Shown here piece by piece: positions 51,601 through 64,000 of a stretch of DNA of 64,000 nt; the first letter of the stretch is position 1, and every line of letters starts with the position of its first letter. The stretch is from Chrysomallon squamiferum (lineage: Eukaryota; Animalia; Mollusca), in contig CM022665.1 in NCBI GenBank assembly GCA_012295275.1, positions 15,128,001-15,192,000 of the forward strand. Direction: 5' to 3'. The notes under the pieces are model-generated. The model saw nothing but the letters and a program-made list of their open reading frames with translations, had not been told where the DNA came from and searched no databases. Position numbers and translations under genes: made by a program.

Positions 51601-54600
51601 ACATATTTTAAAAAGTAATATGATACCTTGTTTAAAATGGTAAACTCCATAAAAATTGTATGCTTTGGCAAAGTCAGGTTTTTCAGTTATAGCAGCCTTG
51701 AAATATTTTTCTGCCTCTGACCAGCGATGCAGATCCATCATTATTTTTCCAAGGCTTAGCAGAGCTTCTGAGTAGTGAGGGTCAACTTCAAGAGCCTTTT
51801 TCAGGAAGTTAATTCCTTTTTGATGCTTTCCATTAGAACTGAGGAATCAAAGAAGAGCAGCATGATAAATATTGTTTTTGATTGGGTTTTTAAGATAAAA
51901 TTAAATAACCTAATAACTGTGTTATTTGTAAGAATGTGACTAGAATCTTAGAAAAGATCTGGATCATCACTGAGTATACCATTTTCAAGATAAAATAAAT
52001 TTCATTATAAATTTCAAAAAAAAAAAAAAAAAAAAAAAAACAACATTCATCATATGAAATATTGGTGGGATTGTATTTAATATTTTAAATGGGTATCTAA
52101 TTTATATTTACAAATAATTTTTAAAATAATTTACAGAAATTCGGTTGATCCAACAGAGAACTCAGAGTTGGTATCTGTCAAAAGAGATAATACATTTGTC
52201 TCCCTTGAGTCTGTAGTTCATTCTACACTTAATAAAACCATATTTGTTTTCAAATGTACATGCATACAAAAAACTATCTTCAATCTGAAATGGATGCCAA
52301 CATTAATAAAAGCTCATACAATTCAATTTATACTGAAACATATTTTTACATAAAATTGGCTTGATAACCTAAGAACATTTTTTTTATGTGATTTATTTCT
52401 CCTTAGTCTTTGCTAATAAAGAAATATCATAAATAAAATAACAAAATCATGAGAATGTGACAATGGCATTTACCTTTCCATGCAGTAAATTAATAGTAAT
52501 AATAATTATAATAATAGTAAATAATAATAATAAGTAAATAAATTAATTAATTAATAAACATTTTTTTATATAACTTATTTTATTTGTTATATTTTGTTAA
52601 AATTAAATAATTAAATAAATAAATAAATAATTAATAAATAAATAAAAATTATATTGTTTTATTTACAAAAACAAATTATTAATAATCATTTTATAAAAGT
52701 TATTTATATTCTAAATAAATAAATAATAAATAAATAAAATTTATATTGTTTTATTTACAAAAACAAATTATTAATAATCATTTTATAAAAGTTATTTATA
52801 TTCTAAATAAATGAAAATGGATTTTTATACATAAACATTATTAACAGATCTTGTAACAATCAAATTATGTATAATAACTGGGTTTTTTTTGTTTTTGTTT
52901 TTTAAAAAGACAAAAATTGCAAATTGTCATAAATATTACAAAACTCAATAAATCTGATTAACTGGTTGGAAAATAAAGGTTTTATTTTCTGCAGATATTC
53001 TTATCACAGTATTAATACCTGTGAACTACATTGTTATACACCTCACTATCCTGGTTTGGGGAAACTATCAAATCATTATTATGTAAAGCAGAACAGAACA
53101 AATTGCATGGATATTGCTTTTATACATACAATGGAACAACAAGTGAGAAAAACACAACAGATATTACTCCAGATATTGATTTGTTAAACAATTTAATACA
53201 AGCAATAGTAACATAAAAATTGTAATCAGTGATGGTGAATGTTAATGACAAAATAACTAACACTGTAATAAATGCAAAGGAGAGTGACGAACCTGCTTAA
53301 AATCTGTTATTTACAGATGTTATTGTTCAAATAATAATCAAATGAAAATATAAATTTGATGAATAAAAACTGTTAAAAATCTGTTATTTAAGAATGTAAC
53401 TTACATAAGCAGATTTCCTAAATTAACAAAAGCACCCTTGTGTTGTGGATAGATTTTTAAAGCCTGTCTGAAGCACAGTTCTGACTCAGTTTTGTTTGTC
53501 AGGAGAGTTCCAAGATTGTTAAACGTACTGGCATGATTTGGATATAGTCTGAAAAACAGAAAAAAACAAAAAATAAAATAGATGGATGGATGGGTAAATA
53601 AATTAAAATAAATAAAGTAAAATAAATAAATAAACAAATAAAAAATAAATAAATGTGCAGATGCATTGAATGTCTTGGACAGATAAATAACTAAACAGCT
53701 AAGTTGCGAGAGTTTTGATGAACTAAAACAGTTGTTATTACTGATTTTTTATAAATAAATAAATAAAATAATAGATTTTTAAAAAGCTTTTAAAAAATTA
53801 AAATACATATTTACCACAAGAAATAATAAAAATATTAAATCTGATTTACATATTAACATACTATCTGTATGAAAATAAATTTATTCATCACATTTTATTG
53901 ATTTAATATTATTTTAAAATTCATTTAACATTAATTGGACAGACTAAAAAGAGAACAGCACTTATATATTTTGATTACTCACTCAAGAGATTTTCTGTAG
54001 TGCCATATTGCCTCTGTATTTTGTCCAGTGTCTTTGAGGTAGTTACCAAGGTTGTAATGAACTTTAGAATTGTGTGGCAATACTCTGACCCCTGACCTGT
54101 ACAGCAGTCAAAATATAACTTAAAACTAACATTTAAAAACACAAAATTAACAAAAATATAATAGTATTTTGCCAATTAATTTTTTTTTAAAATGTAGTTA
54201 AATTCGTATTTGATATTCTGTTTCTTGGGACAGCTATTTCCTGGTTTATAAGAGATGTAATATGTCATTTCTGTTTTGGGGAAAGTGCATATAAAAAAAA
54301 TCCTGCACTGCTAATAAAAACAACAGAGCAGCCAGTTTTCTCTTCCATTATATGTACAGAATCCATAGAATTATAGATTAGAAAATGTCAAATAAAACAT
54401 TTCATTTTACTTCACTTTAAATACAGATCTTAACATTTATACCAATAATAAATGGTAATTGTATATTTCATTTAAACTCTGATATTTTATTTTTCTGGCA
54501 TATGATATTAAAGTTTTCAGTTTCAGATTAATGATTATTTTTATTTATTTATTTATTTTTAAATTGCTAATGATAGTCTGCAAGTTTGATAACAAATCAC

Positions 54601-57600
54601 TTAAATCACATGATATTTACTTCCCCCTACTAACAATTAAGGACAGTTTGCTCAAGATAATAATGTAAATATCTAATTCAAAGTCATGTGTTTATTCGCT
54701 ATGGTTATATTTACACTGTGCAAAGAGGGATTACTTTCTCTAATCACCAAATAGTGATGGCTAACATGCTTGCAAATTATTATGTGCTCTGTCATAGTAA
54801 AACTGCTATATGCAACAAAAATAAAAAATAAATAAAAAGTTTAAAAAGGACCTCTATAATTGCTCAGATTTCTTTTTTAACATTTATTTGATCTACTCCA
54901 TTTCATTTTCTGCCAATGTCATGTGAAGAACGTTTATATATTATATACAAAGTTTCAACAAAGTATTTCATATTGAGTGAATAAGAAAGTTGAAGTCCTT
55001 TCACACAGTGCAAGACTCAAGTCACACAAACTTTATAATTTACCTTCACTATTGTAATACAACTGTCAATTCAAACAGCTGGTCAGGGTGCTTTTTGTGC
55101 TTGGTTCACTTTAACAATTTGTTTGGCACACTTAGCCCATTGTCAGTGGAACTGAAATTTGAATCTTTGTGTGAACAAACAGATCTCTCATTTTACAAGT
55201 ATAATATCAGTGAATAACCTGTTATCTATCCAAACAGCAACCTTCACAGAAATAAGTAAGACAGCAGTAAATGTCACAAAACTGATAGGTGGGACTGTTG
55301 AAACCACTTTGGTGTAGTGTAGTTAACATGAGTTTTATCTGTTCATAAAATATATGACAGTAATATTAAACTTACAGATTTATCTCAGTTATCTGATTTA
55401 TTGATATTGTTTGCGTTACCAAGAAATCATCTCTTTATCAGTTTTATTTTATTTTTTTATCAGTAATTCATGAGGCCATGGTCTTATAATTTTTGATTTG
55501 TCAGTAAATCAAAAAAATGAAAAATAAATGATATTAAATTCTGAAAGACACCATTCAGAACAGGAAAGCATGGATCTAGTGCCAGTCGAACACTAAAAGC
55601 TATTAAATTTCCACTTCTGTCTGATTACACAAAAATGTTAATAACAGCACTAAAATAAATGAGTATCAAATGTTTCATTTTGAACAAATCATATTTTTGA
55701 TATGTCTTTATGAGGAAAAAAGTAATAAGCAGACCTATTATTTTGATTATCAAGGAGAAACAGACTCCTTTGCCTAAATAACATTATATTCTCATGAACA
55801 AATGTTTTATACTTGTAGTGGAGATTTGTAATAAGAAAACTAAATCAATATTACAAGAATGATAAAAACAACAAATGGGGACATTTTCTTTCCTTTTTTA
55901 GCATATAAATCTACTCAAAACTGTAAAATCCATAAGTTACAATTCAAGATTGTTAATTACTTACTGTAATAACATGAATAGGGCATATTTAATATTGATT
56001 TGTAATTTAGGGATTTGTGTTGGTCTTTCTGTTAAAGATAATCTATCAGAAAATTTATTACAGAAAAACAATATTGTTTTTCAATTTTAACTTAGATTTG
56101 GGGGATCTGAAATTACTCTTTATCGTAATTATGAACAAAATAAATAATATAATTAACTTGATTCAATTATGTATTTGTCCATGCAATAAAAACAGATTCT
56201 AATTTACAATGAGAACTAAACAAAAATAATATTTTACAGTAAAGACTACAAGTAGTGAACCTTTTATCCAACTTCCAAAAACCTGGAAAATCCAAATAAC
56301 CGGCTATTACAGAAACTGGCTAATTTTGAATTAGGCAGTGCTTTGCTTTACTTTCCATGATCTCGTTTGAAGTGAGAGTGTTGATGTGTACAGGTGTTCC
56401 TTTCACAGTAAGTTATGATTTATTTAACTTTTACTCTCATTTTCATTTATTTTAATAACTTGCAGAAATTTAAATTGCTAGTGAAAAGTACTTTCAATAA
56501 AGACATTTAAAGAATTTTAAGTGAATTAATAAACATCAAACAGATGCTGTTTTAGAAGTGTATTAATTTGCATCTATTCTGTTATTATTGTTATTGTTCT
56601 GGTTGTTACTGATTTCATTGTTTTATTATTATTATTATTATTATCATCATCATTACAACAAGATTTGTTTGTTCAATTCAGTGGAAAGATGATGTATTCA
56701 AAATAAAGTATATATATATTTTACTATGCATTTTACAGTTCATAAATATATTTTCTACATTTTTCGTTAGGTCTCAGTGACATCTAATTTGTATTAGATC
56801 TAGACAGTGAACAGTGCAGCAGATAGTTTTACAGATATATATATTAAATGATGCAAAGCTGTGACAATGAAACAGTAAAACTACAATAAAACAAAACACA
56901 ATTCTATGACTCAAAGCTATAAATCTGTCAAGGTGACAAAGATCAAGATGACAAATGAACCAAGACTATAATTTTTTCCTTCAGGGTGCAATTATCATAA
57001 CTGGTACATAAAGGAGATACCTGTTATCTTGCCAAATAGAAAATAGTGACAGATCCTGTTTCATTTGTACTATATATTGTAAATAATAATGTAAACATCA
57101 GTACATACATATAATTTGTGGTTTCACAATGTAAATTTATGAGGGTTGACTAAGTATTGTAACAGTAACGTAAATTCATTACATAATTTATATTTTCACA
57201 TCATACATTTGTGTGTAAATGTCTCTACCGAGATATAATTTTTAATTTCACATTACATATTTGTGAGGTATGACTAAATACTGCAATAATAATGTAAATA
57301 TTATTACCTAATTTGTAGAACTTTATTTATCGTACATTTATGAGTATTGGATAAATACTGTAACAGTGATGTGCAGGTTTTATTTGCAAGTTTGTTAGGA
57401 ATGGCTGGATGTGGTAAACAATCAAAAATACCTTTAAGTTTCATAGTCAAAAGTCATAAAGGTGATTAAATTTTTATTAAAGAAAAAAAAATTGATATAT
57501 ATATAAAAAACTAAAAAGCTGAAGTGAGAAATAACAGATTAATAGTTTTGTGGATGATAAATAATGGACTTGTAGGTAAGATGAAATGTAAAAAAAAATT

Positions 57601-59605
57601 CTTGGATGCTTGGATTGACAGATTGGATAGAAGATGTAGAAAGAAGGAAGACTGATGGAAACAGCAATGTAATGAATTAAATGGATGGATGAATGAATAA
57701 AAGAAAGAACAAATGAATGAATGAACAAATGAATATTTGTGTAATGAGACATTAACATATTTGAACTATTATTGTGCACATATGTATGTATGCATGTGTG
57801 TGTGTGTGTATGTTTGCTTTTATGTGTATTAAATATCGAAGAAATAAGGTAAAATAACATATATCATGTATATTATCTTAGGAGTGATTATTTACCAGAA
57901 GAGAGATTCCCTTGAATGCCATACTGTGTTTTGTGACCATGTCTTAGCTGACAGCACCAGAAGATAAGCCACCATAACAGTCTTGATAAATGGTGCTTTA
58001 TCTTTAACCATCTTCAGAATCAAACTAAGTCCATACCCAGTGAGCAAGCAAAACCCCATACTGGAATAAAATAATAAATCAATATAAGCAGTCAGTATAA
58101 TTATCTATATTGTTGATTTGATGAATATTTGTTTAAAACAGTCCTTAAACATTATTTAGCTTTTTCCTGAAAAGTATATACATACACAAAATTATTTGTT
58201 CATTCATCTGTTTATAAGTATGTAATATATATATTATATATACGCACACACCCACACACACACACACGTATATATAATAAATTACAAATAAAATCCACAC
58301 AATCACACACACCTACATGTATAGAAACACAAGCACATATATAAATTCATTAACAATACAGCCATCTATTTAAACACATACACATACACACATATAAACA
58401 TATGTGCACACACATTAAAACAACTACAGGGATCCACCATTCATCTTCCTATAAAAGCAAAAACATAACAAATATACATATTCTCACAAACACATAATTA
58501 TATGATGAAAAGTTACCAAGAGCTATAACAATAAATGCTTCATAAAATTCAGTTGATTTTTCACAATTTGGTTGTTGTTTTAATTTAGCTTTGTAATAAT
58601 TATTCTACCATCTGCAAGCAGAATTATTTATATAAAGTAGATATTTAAAATATCAAATGCCTAAATTTTAACTTGACCTGCCATTTCTTGAGTTCAAAAT
58701 ATAATAGCTTCTATCAAATCTAATACAACATTAAAAAGGCATTTTTTAAGTTTAAATTTCCTCTTCTCAAATAGTAATAACAGTATTAAAGCACTAAAAT
58801 AAACATATAAATAAATATCAAATGTTTCGTTTTGACCATATCTTAAGAGACCTTTATGAGGTCATTATTTTGATTATGTGTTTCAATAACAACATTATAT
58901 TGTATACATTTATGGTTTGTTTTTTCCTGAATAATTAGCATATAAAAATGCTACAAACAGTTTGATGTACTTTTATTAAAATTTGGGGAAATATGTGAAA
59001 AACTCATAGATAAAAAATAATAATAATAAAGTTGGGTTTTTTTTGTTTTGTTTTTTGAAATATATATATATATATATAAATTTATATTTTTTTTATATTA
59101 TTTTTTTTTTTTTTTTTTTTTTCACATTCTGTTAATTTTTGATGTTTCAGAGTAAAATTGGTCTGAAATATTGTATAATATATAATAATCACAGCAGGAA
59201 ATCCTAATGATAAACCATGTTGTTTTTATACTAGGTCACTGTGTGTTAAATTTCTAAAGAAACTACTTTGAATTTCTGAACAAAAAAAGTCATATACTGT
59301 AGTATCAAATTTCTGGCAGTTGACTACCTGGGATAATTATTTCTATTTTTCATGGGTCAGTGTAAGCATACTTGAAGAGTCTGGTGAAGAAAAGCAAATT
59401 TAAATCACTGAAGGAGGATAACCTTTAGAAATATTATGTCTTATCAGTTTTAACTGAAAAAAATTTGTGAGTTAATCCAGGGAGTAAATAAATTGTTTGA
59501 AAAGAACATAACAGGCTATGTAAAAAATAAAAATTACTGCATTCTTTTTCTTTTTTTTTTTCCCCAATGAAAACAAGTTAGGATACAGATCATTAATGAA
59601 AAATG

Positions 59606-59641
<36 letters not shown>

Positions 59642-61614
59642 ATAATAATAAAAAAAAAGAAAAAAAAAGAAATTATTTTATCATTAATGGCTGCTAAAAT
59701 GTTTTGTTATACATCAGGTAAGATAGCAAAGTACACATAGTCTATATACAAGCATATGGCCCATCAGTAAATTAATAATAATAATAATAATAATGATACT
59801 AATACTAATACTAATACTAATACTAATAATATTATGGTAGATCAACAGATCATAAGAATGAAAGAGCAGTCACTTGGGACAAAAATGCATTTAGGCCATA
59901 TATACACATTTTCTTTATTAGAGTTTATTAATCTATGAAACTAAATAAGTAGTTTTCAGAGTATGAAAGAACATAATAGAGATCACTTAATGTGAAAAAA
60001 ATAAAAACAGTAATGAGAATTTCTTTTAATGTACCCAAAAGGCTTTGTCATTAATCAATACTGACCATAAAGCACTCATCCACAGAGATAAACTTTAAAT
60101 ATATAATGGATGTTTCTACATAACACATAATACTTAGACTGATAAAAGAAACCTCACCTTGAGATGTAGAGTATCCTTTCAGCAACAACAAACCCAACAC
60201 GGAAAAACAGATTGGAAGCAGGAAGAAATGGAATAATAAGCAGACACAAAGATATCAATGGAATGTTCAAGTTTTTTTCCTCCTAGTGTCAAAAGAAAAG
60301 AAGATAGATAAGAAATCACTACTATTTTATACTCAGTTGCTAGATTACAGAAATTAATGATAAATTAGATTCATATGGAAAGTCTGAAGTTTAATACATT
60401 ATCATAAAATATTAAATTGTAGTTCTGTATTTCAGTGCATCATTTTAAAGTATGGATATTGAGAAACTGATTATCAAGTGCAAATAAGAAAATATGTTTT
60501 CTTTGTTTGCAATTTTGAAGCTTTTTATTTTAGAAATATTAATTATTTCATTATTATACACATATTCATAGTTAATTTTTGAAATGTTTCGAGATGTTTT
60601 GATGAAATCTAAATAAATTTAATCAACAAAGCATTTTGTTAACCTTTGACAAGATATTTATATAAAATTTTATACTAATAAAATTATAAAAAATATTATA
60701 TTGAAAAATAAATTATTTCATTAATTTTCTGAATTCTAAAATAAAAAGAATTAAAATGAAAAATTTAAAATGTCCCAGATACAATGTAAAAAAAACGAAA
60801 ACAAAAAAAAACCCAGAAAATTACTAAAACAGAAACAATATTTTATTTACCTGTGATAAAAAATTTCTGTAACATCTGTTGATGATCAACATGATGATGA
60901 TATAAAAGATGATGGTTACTAAGTTACGAGGATCAGTAAGATCCTCAATGAGTGGAATACTGAAGACTTGCCAGTCGTAACACAGTGTCATTGGAAATAT
61001 CAACAGCAATGAGTTGAACACATACAGATAATTGAACGTTAGTATTCTGAAGAAAAATGATAATGGAAAGATAATTTAAATATATTATATTTCACTGTAA
61101 ATTAAAATATAAGCCATATTTAAAATATATTATACTTATTGTTAAATTAAAATGTAAACCATTACAATATAACATTATATAAACATTCTTTATTCAAACA
61201 TGTTTAAGTTATTTTTTCTGTTTTCATATAATTTAGTTGTTCATTATAATTGTGTTTCTACAAAATAATACCATTATTTATTTCAAACTTTTCTGTCTCA
61301 TTTGTAATCTGTACTTAAAACATGGAAAATGGATTTTATATAATAATATTGCACAAACACATGATTTACATGTAGTTTTTAAAATATGAACTTTAACTAA
61401 AGAATTGAATTTCATACATATTTAATATCTGAATGTTTCTTAATAAAACAGTTACTGCAGACATATATAACCATTTAAAAACAATTAATTTGCAGTGTAT
61501 TAATATGCACCTGGTAAGAAATAAAGGAGAAAAAGATGCTGGATTGTCTTGTTCTTGGAACTCTGGAAGATGACCATCCATAATCCAAAGACGAAATCCA
61601 ATCAAAATGATAAA
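48434..61614 (-). CDS. TMTC1: Protein O-mannosyltransferase TMTC1-like, last 13 coding exons (5' part beyond the right edge)
   Basis: Exons: 61614-61511, 61046-60851, 60282-60158, 58060-57896, 54096-53983, 53548-53405, 51838-51627, 51144-51009, 50586-50442, 49831-49694, 49459-49328, 49017-48940, 48559-48434, all phase-consistent. Motifs [49 protein letters not shown], then TPRs ([32 protein letters not shown]) and C-terminal [10 protein letters not shown], closest to TMTC1 as I recall it. Confidence 0.9.
48623..48681. repeat. (GT)n microsatellite
   Basis: Direct reading. Confidence 0.95.
52633..52812 (+). repeat. Two-copy ~92-bp tandem duplication
   Basis: ttatattgttttatttacaaaaacaaattattaataatcattttataaaagttatttatattctaaataaat occurs twice in tandem. 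Confidence 0.88.
54235..54350 (+). mobile_element. Degenerate SINE-like repeat (same family)
   Basis: ctggtttata...ctgttttggggaaagtgcatataaaaaaaatcctgcactgctaat matches the family body. Confidence 0.45.
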
Positions 61615-61636
61615 CTAAAAATTACATTTAAATTTA

Positions 61637-61842
61637 TTTTATTAAAAATGATTATATGAGTTTTGCCTCAGATATTATATTAATGTATTCTAATATCAAT
61701 AACTACAGTTTCAGATATGTACATTAATGAATTCTAATACTGTTAACTACTGTTTCAGATAGATCTGAAACTGTAGTTATTAGTATTAGAATACATTAAT
61801 GTAATAGCTGAGGCAAAACTCATATAATCATTTTTAATAAAA
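61637..61842. repeat. ~80-bp-arm inverted repeat with internal ~44-bp tandem duplication
   Basis: ttttattaaaaatgattatatgagttttgcctcag...aactacagtttcagat (61637-61716) pairs with atctgaaactgtagtt...ctgaggcaaaactcatataatcatttttaataaaa (61763-61842). Confidence 0.9.
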
Positions 61843-62700
61843 ATATATATATATATATTAAGTTGAAGTGTATGCTATATTGCAATAGCTTGGCATAATT
61901 TGAATCTATATTTTTGTCATATCAAAAAAATTAACATATTTTTCAAACATTCTTCTAGATATTATTTAAGTACTGAAAAGTAATTTTCTGTTTGGGACTG
62001 ATTCCTAACTATAATTATAGAACTTTTTATCCTGATTTCATTGATAAAAAAAAAAGTCAAAATTGTCAGTTCCAAAGTTTTTAATTTTTTTTATTTAATT
62101 CTGGGGGCAATTTTTGCACAATTGCTATTTGGAAGGAATCATTCTGAAGTGAGATTGTCATTGATGAAGTGTATTTCATAACATAACATGTGTGCCAAAT
62201 ATTCATCCCAGTTTTTTTCACACCTCTGTAAAATATATATGCGTTGAGATGTGAAGCCAAAGTTGGTAAAATGATTAATTTGCACCAGATAAAAAATGAA
62301 ATTTTTTTGACATTCATAAATTTACTTCTACTTGTGCTACAAACAAAGTTTTTATGACAAATTAATCAGAATGAAACGATTTAGATGATGAAATACATTT
62401 AGAAGTGGTTAATTAGAAAATCTGAAATGTAAATTTTTAACGATTCATCTTTTTTCTTTTATCAGTCTTAGCTACAATCTTTGTGCTAGTAACAGCTATA
62501 TACTAATAAAAATGAGTACCCTCTCCTCCTGAGAGCGGGGCCAAAAGCACTTTATAATGTGAATATATTAAGAACACAATAACAGAACTGGATGAGAGAT
62601 AATAAAATACAATGCAATAGTATTTATATATATATTACAAATTTGAATACATATTTCAGAGAAACTGTGGGAGTTTTATGAAGAAAATATAGAAGTACTC

Positions 62701-62800
62701 ATATGGCCGTAACTATACGTTTTCTGAAATGAGGCAAAAACACTTAATCGCCGAGCGGAGCGGGGCAAAAACATTTGAGCGAGGGGTCTAGGAGCTATAG
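62701..62800 (+). mobile_element. Possible left end of a non-autonomous DNA transposon in a TMTC1 intron
   Basis: Abrupt switch to CpG-rich sequence starting atggccgtaactat...gaggcaaaa...gagcgaggggtctagg, typical of invertebrate MITE ends. No partner TIR found. Confidence 0.3.
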
Positions 62801-63692
62801 ACATAATCGAATTTTTTTTTTTTTTCGTGCATCAGAAATAAATAAACTACTCAAAACCTTCACTGATTTTGTGCTGAAGGTCTACAACCAACACAATACC
62901 GGCAATTGGTGTGCCTAAATAAATTTATTAATATATTAATCAGTTCCGATATCGTTTCAACCAAGATTTAACCAATTACATCGACATCGTATGCTTGCTT
63001 ACAAACAAAAACCTTCAAACAATATTCAGGAGATTCTGATCGGGTTGATCGGCCGCATTTTGATTTGGGGGTGAATCTGATTCAATGGCCACAACTTAAC
63101 ACGTCATTCGCCGAAAAAAACACACGATCTGGTGACGTCTCTGTCTCAGATAGGGCGGGTGGCCGTATAATTTCTTCAAGCTACAATTCTAATCTTCTTT
63201 CAAAGATGAAATATTGCTGTTTCTGTGATAAATGTTTGATAGGGGTCTTTTTACATGAAAATATTTTACATATTTTTTTCGTCAAGGTTTACCAGCCTTT
63301 ACATGTGACAAAAACTATTACACTGGACAAACAGATGAAGCTAATATTTTCTGTGTGGTCAAGTTTTTTTAGAGGAAGAAAGCTCGTGGAGTTAACCCCG
63401 GGAGCATAAAAAGTAGTGTATAAACGAGGTTCGTGATACATGTTTATAGAAACATAGGGAGTTGGCGGCTATCCCAAGAAATTTCTTATTGAAATTAAAT
63501 GCTTTTCTCCACAAGGTATCATTCATGTAATAAACACCAGGATAAGACTTCAGATTTTCAATTCATGTAGTTTTTTTTTATTCAGACAGGACCTCAAACC
63601 GAGAAGAAATCAAGCGTTCAAAAGTCAGTATAAAAACAAGTCAAAACAGTATGGCAGACTGAAAATATGGGCGCTCTTCAGTATCCATATTA

Positions 63693-63734
<42 letters not shown>

Positions 63735-64000
63735 TTTTTACATTACATCTTCAACATGTAAAAGGAATTACAAAAGCATTGCTTGTTATTACTTTCTTCG
63801 AAAACGTATACTTTCAAATGTCTCACATTACTAATTAGAGTTATTATTGAACGATAATGTATTCTACAGTGCATTATCCTTTGTTCGTATTGTAGCTCAG
63901 AACAATGTACAGAGAACAAAAGGATGATTCCATATCATTTTCAGAGATAATTAATCAAAAGCTGTAGACTCAAGTGTCACATATTGACGAAAGATGAGAA

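Noticed and set aside
60158-60175. TMTC1 motif reads LYISS rather than the usual LYxPS
   Set aside because: A single substitution in an otherwise intact gene, with no basis for a functional claim.
63065-63409. 114-aa ORF in the TMTC1 intron
   Set aside because: Non-ATG start, no recognisable domain, and located in probable transposon-derived sequence.
1-64000. Prokaryotic systems (CRISPR arrays, operons, defence islands), rRNA or intact tRNA genes
   Set aside because: The DNA is clearly eukaryotic. I saw no repeat-spacer array or structured RNA gene, and the tRNA-like pieces are decayed SINE heads.

Overview
Very AT-rich eukaryotic (invertebrate animal) genomic DNA with GT-AG spliceosomal introns. 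A mollusc is possible from the repeat landscape, but that is a guess. Most ORF-track entries are spurious or single exons, so I rebuilt gene models by hand from splice sites and reading-frame continuity. Left to right: (1) the 5' end of an unidentified minus-strand gene with microexons (ATG 7734, runs off the left edge); (2) head-to-head with it, a complete 31-exon plus-strand gene (9489-35040, ~1540 aa) of the vinculin/alpha-catenin family that appears to carry four extra tandem M2-like helical bundles before the tail domain; (3) two tandem minus-strand UDP-glycosyltransferases with intronless CDS, both lacking the canonical catalytic His and sharing a 464-bp near-identical internal tract; (4) a CpG-rich interval with exon-like islands but no clean ORF; (5) the last 13 exons of a TMTC1-like protein O-mannosyltransferase on the minus strand, running off the right edge. 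Introns hold a decayed Tc1 transposase, several MITEs with visible TSDs, old SINE-like copies, local duplications and microsatellites. All alignments were done by eye against family motifs from memory, with no database search.
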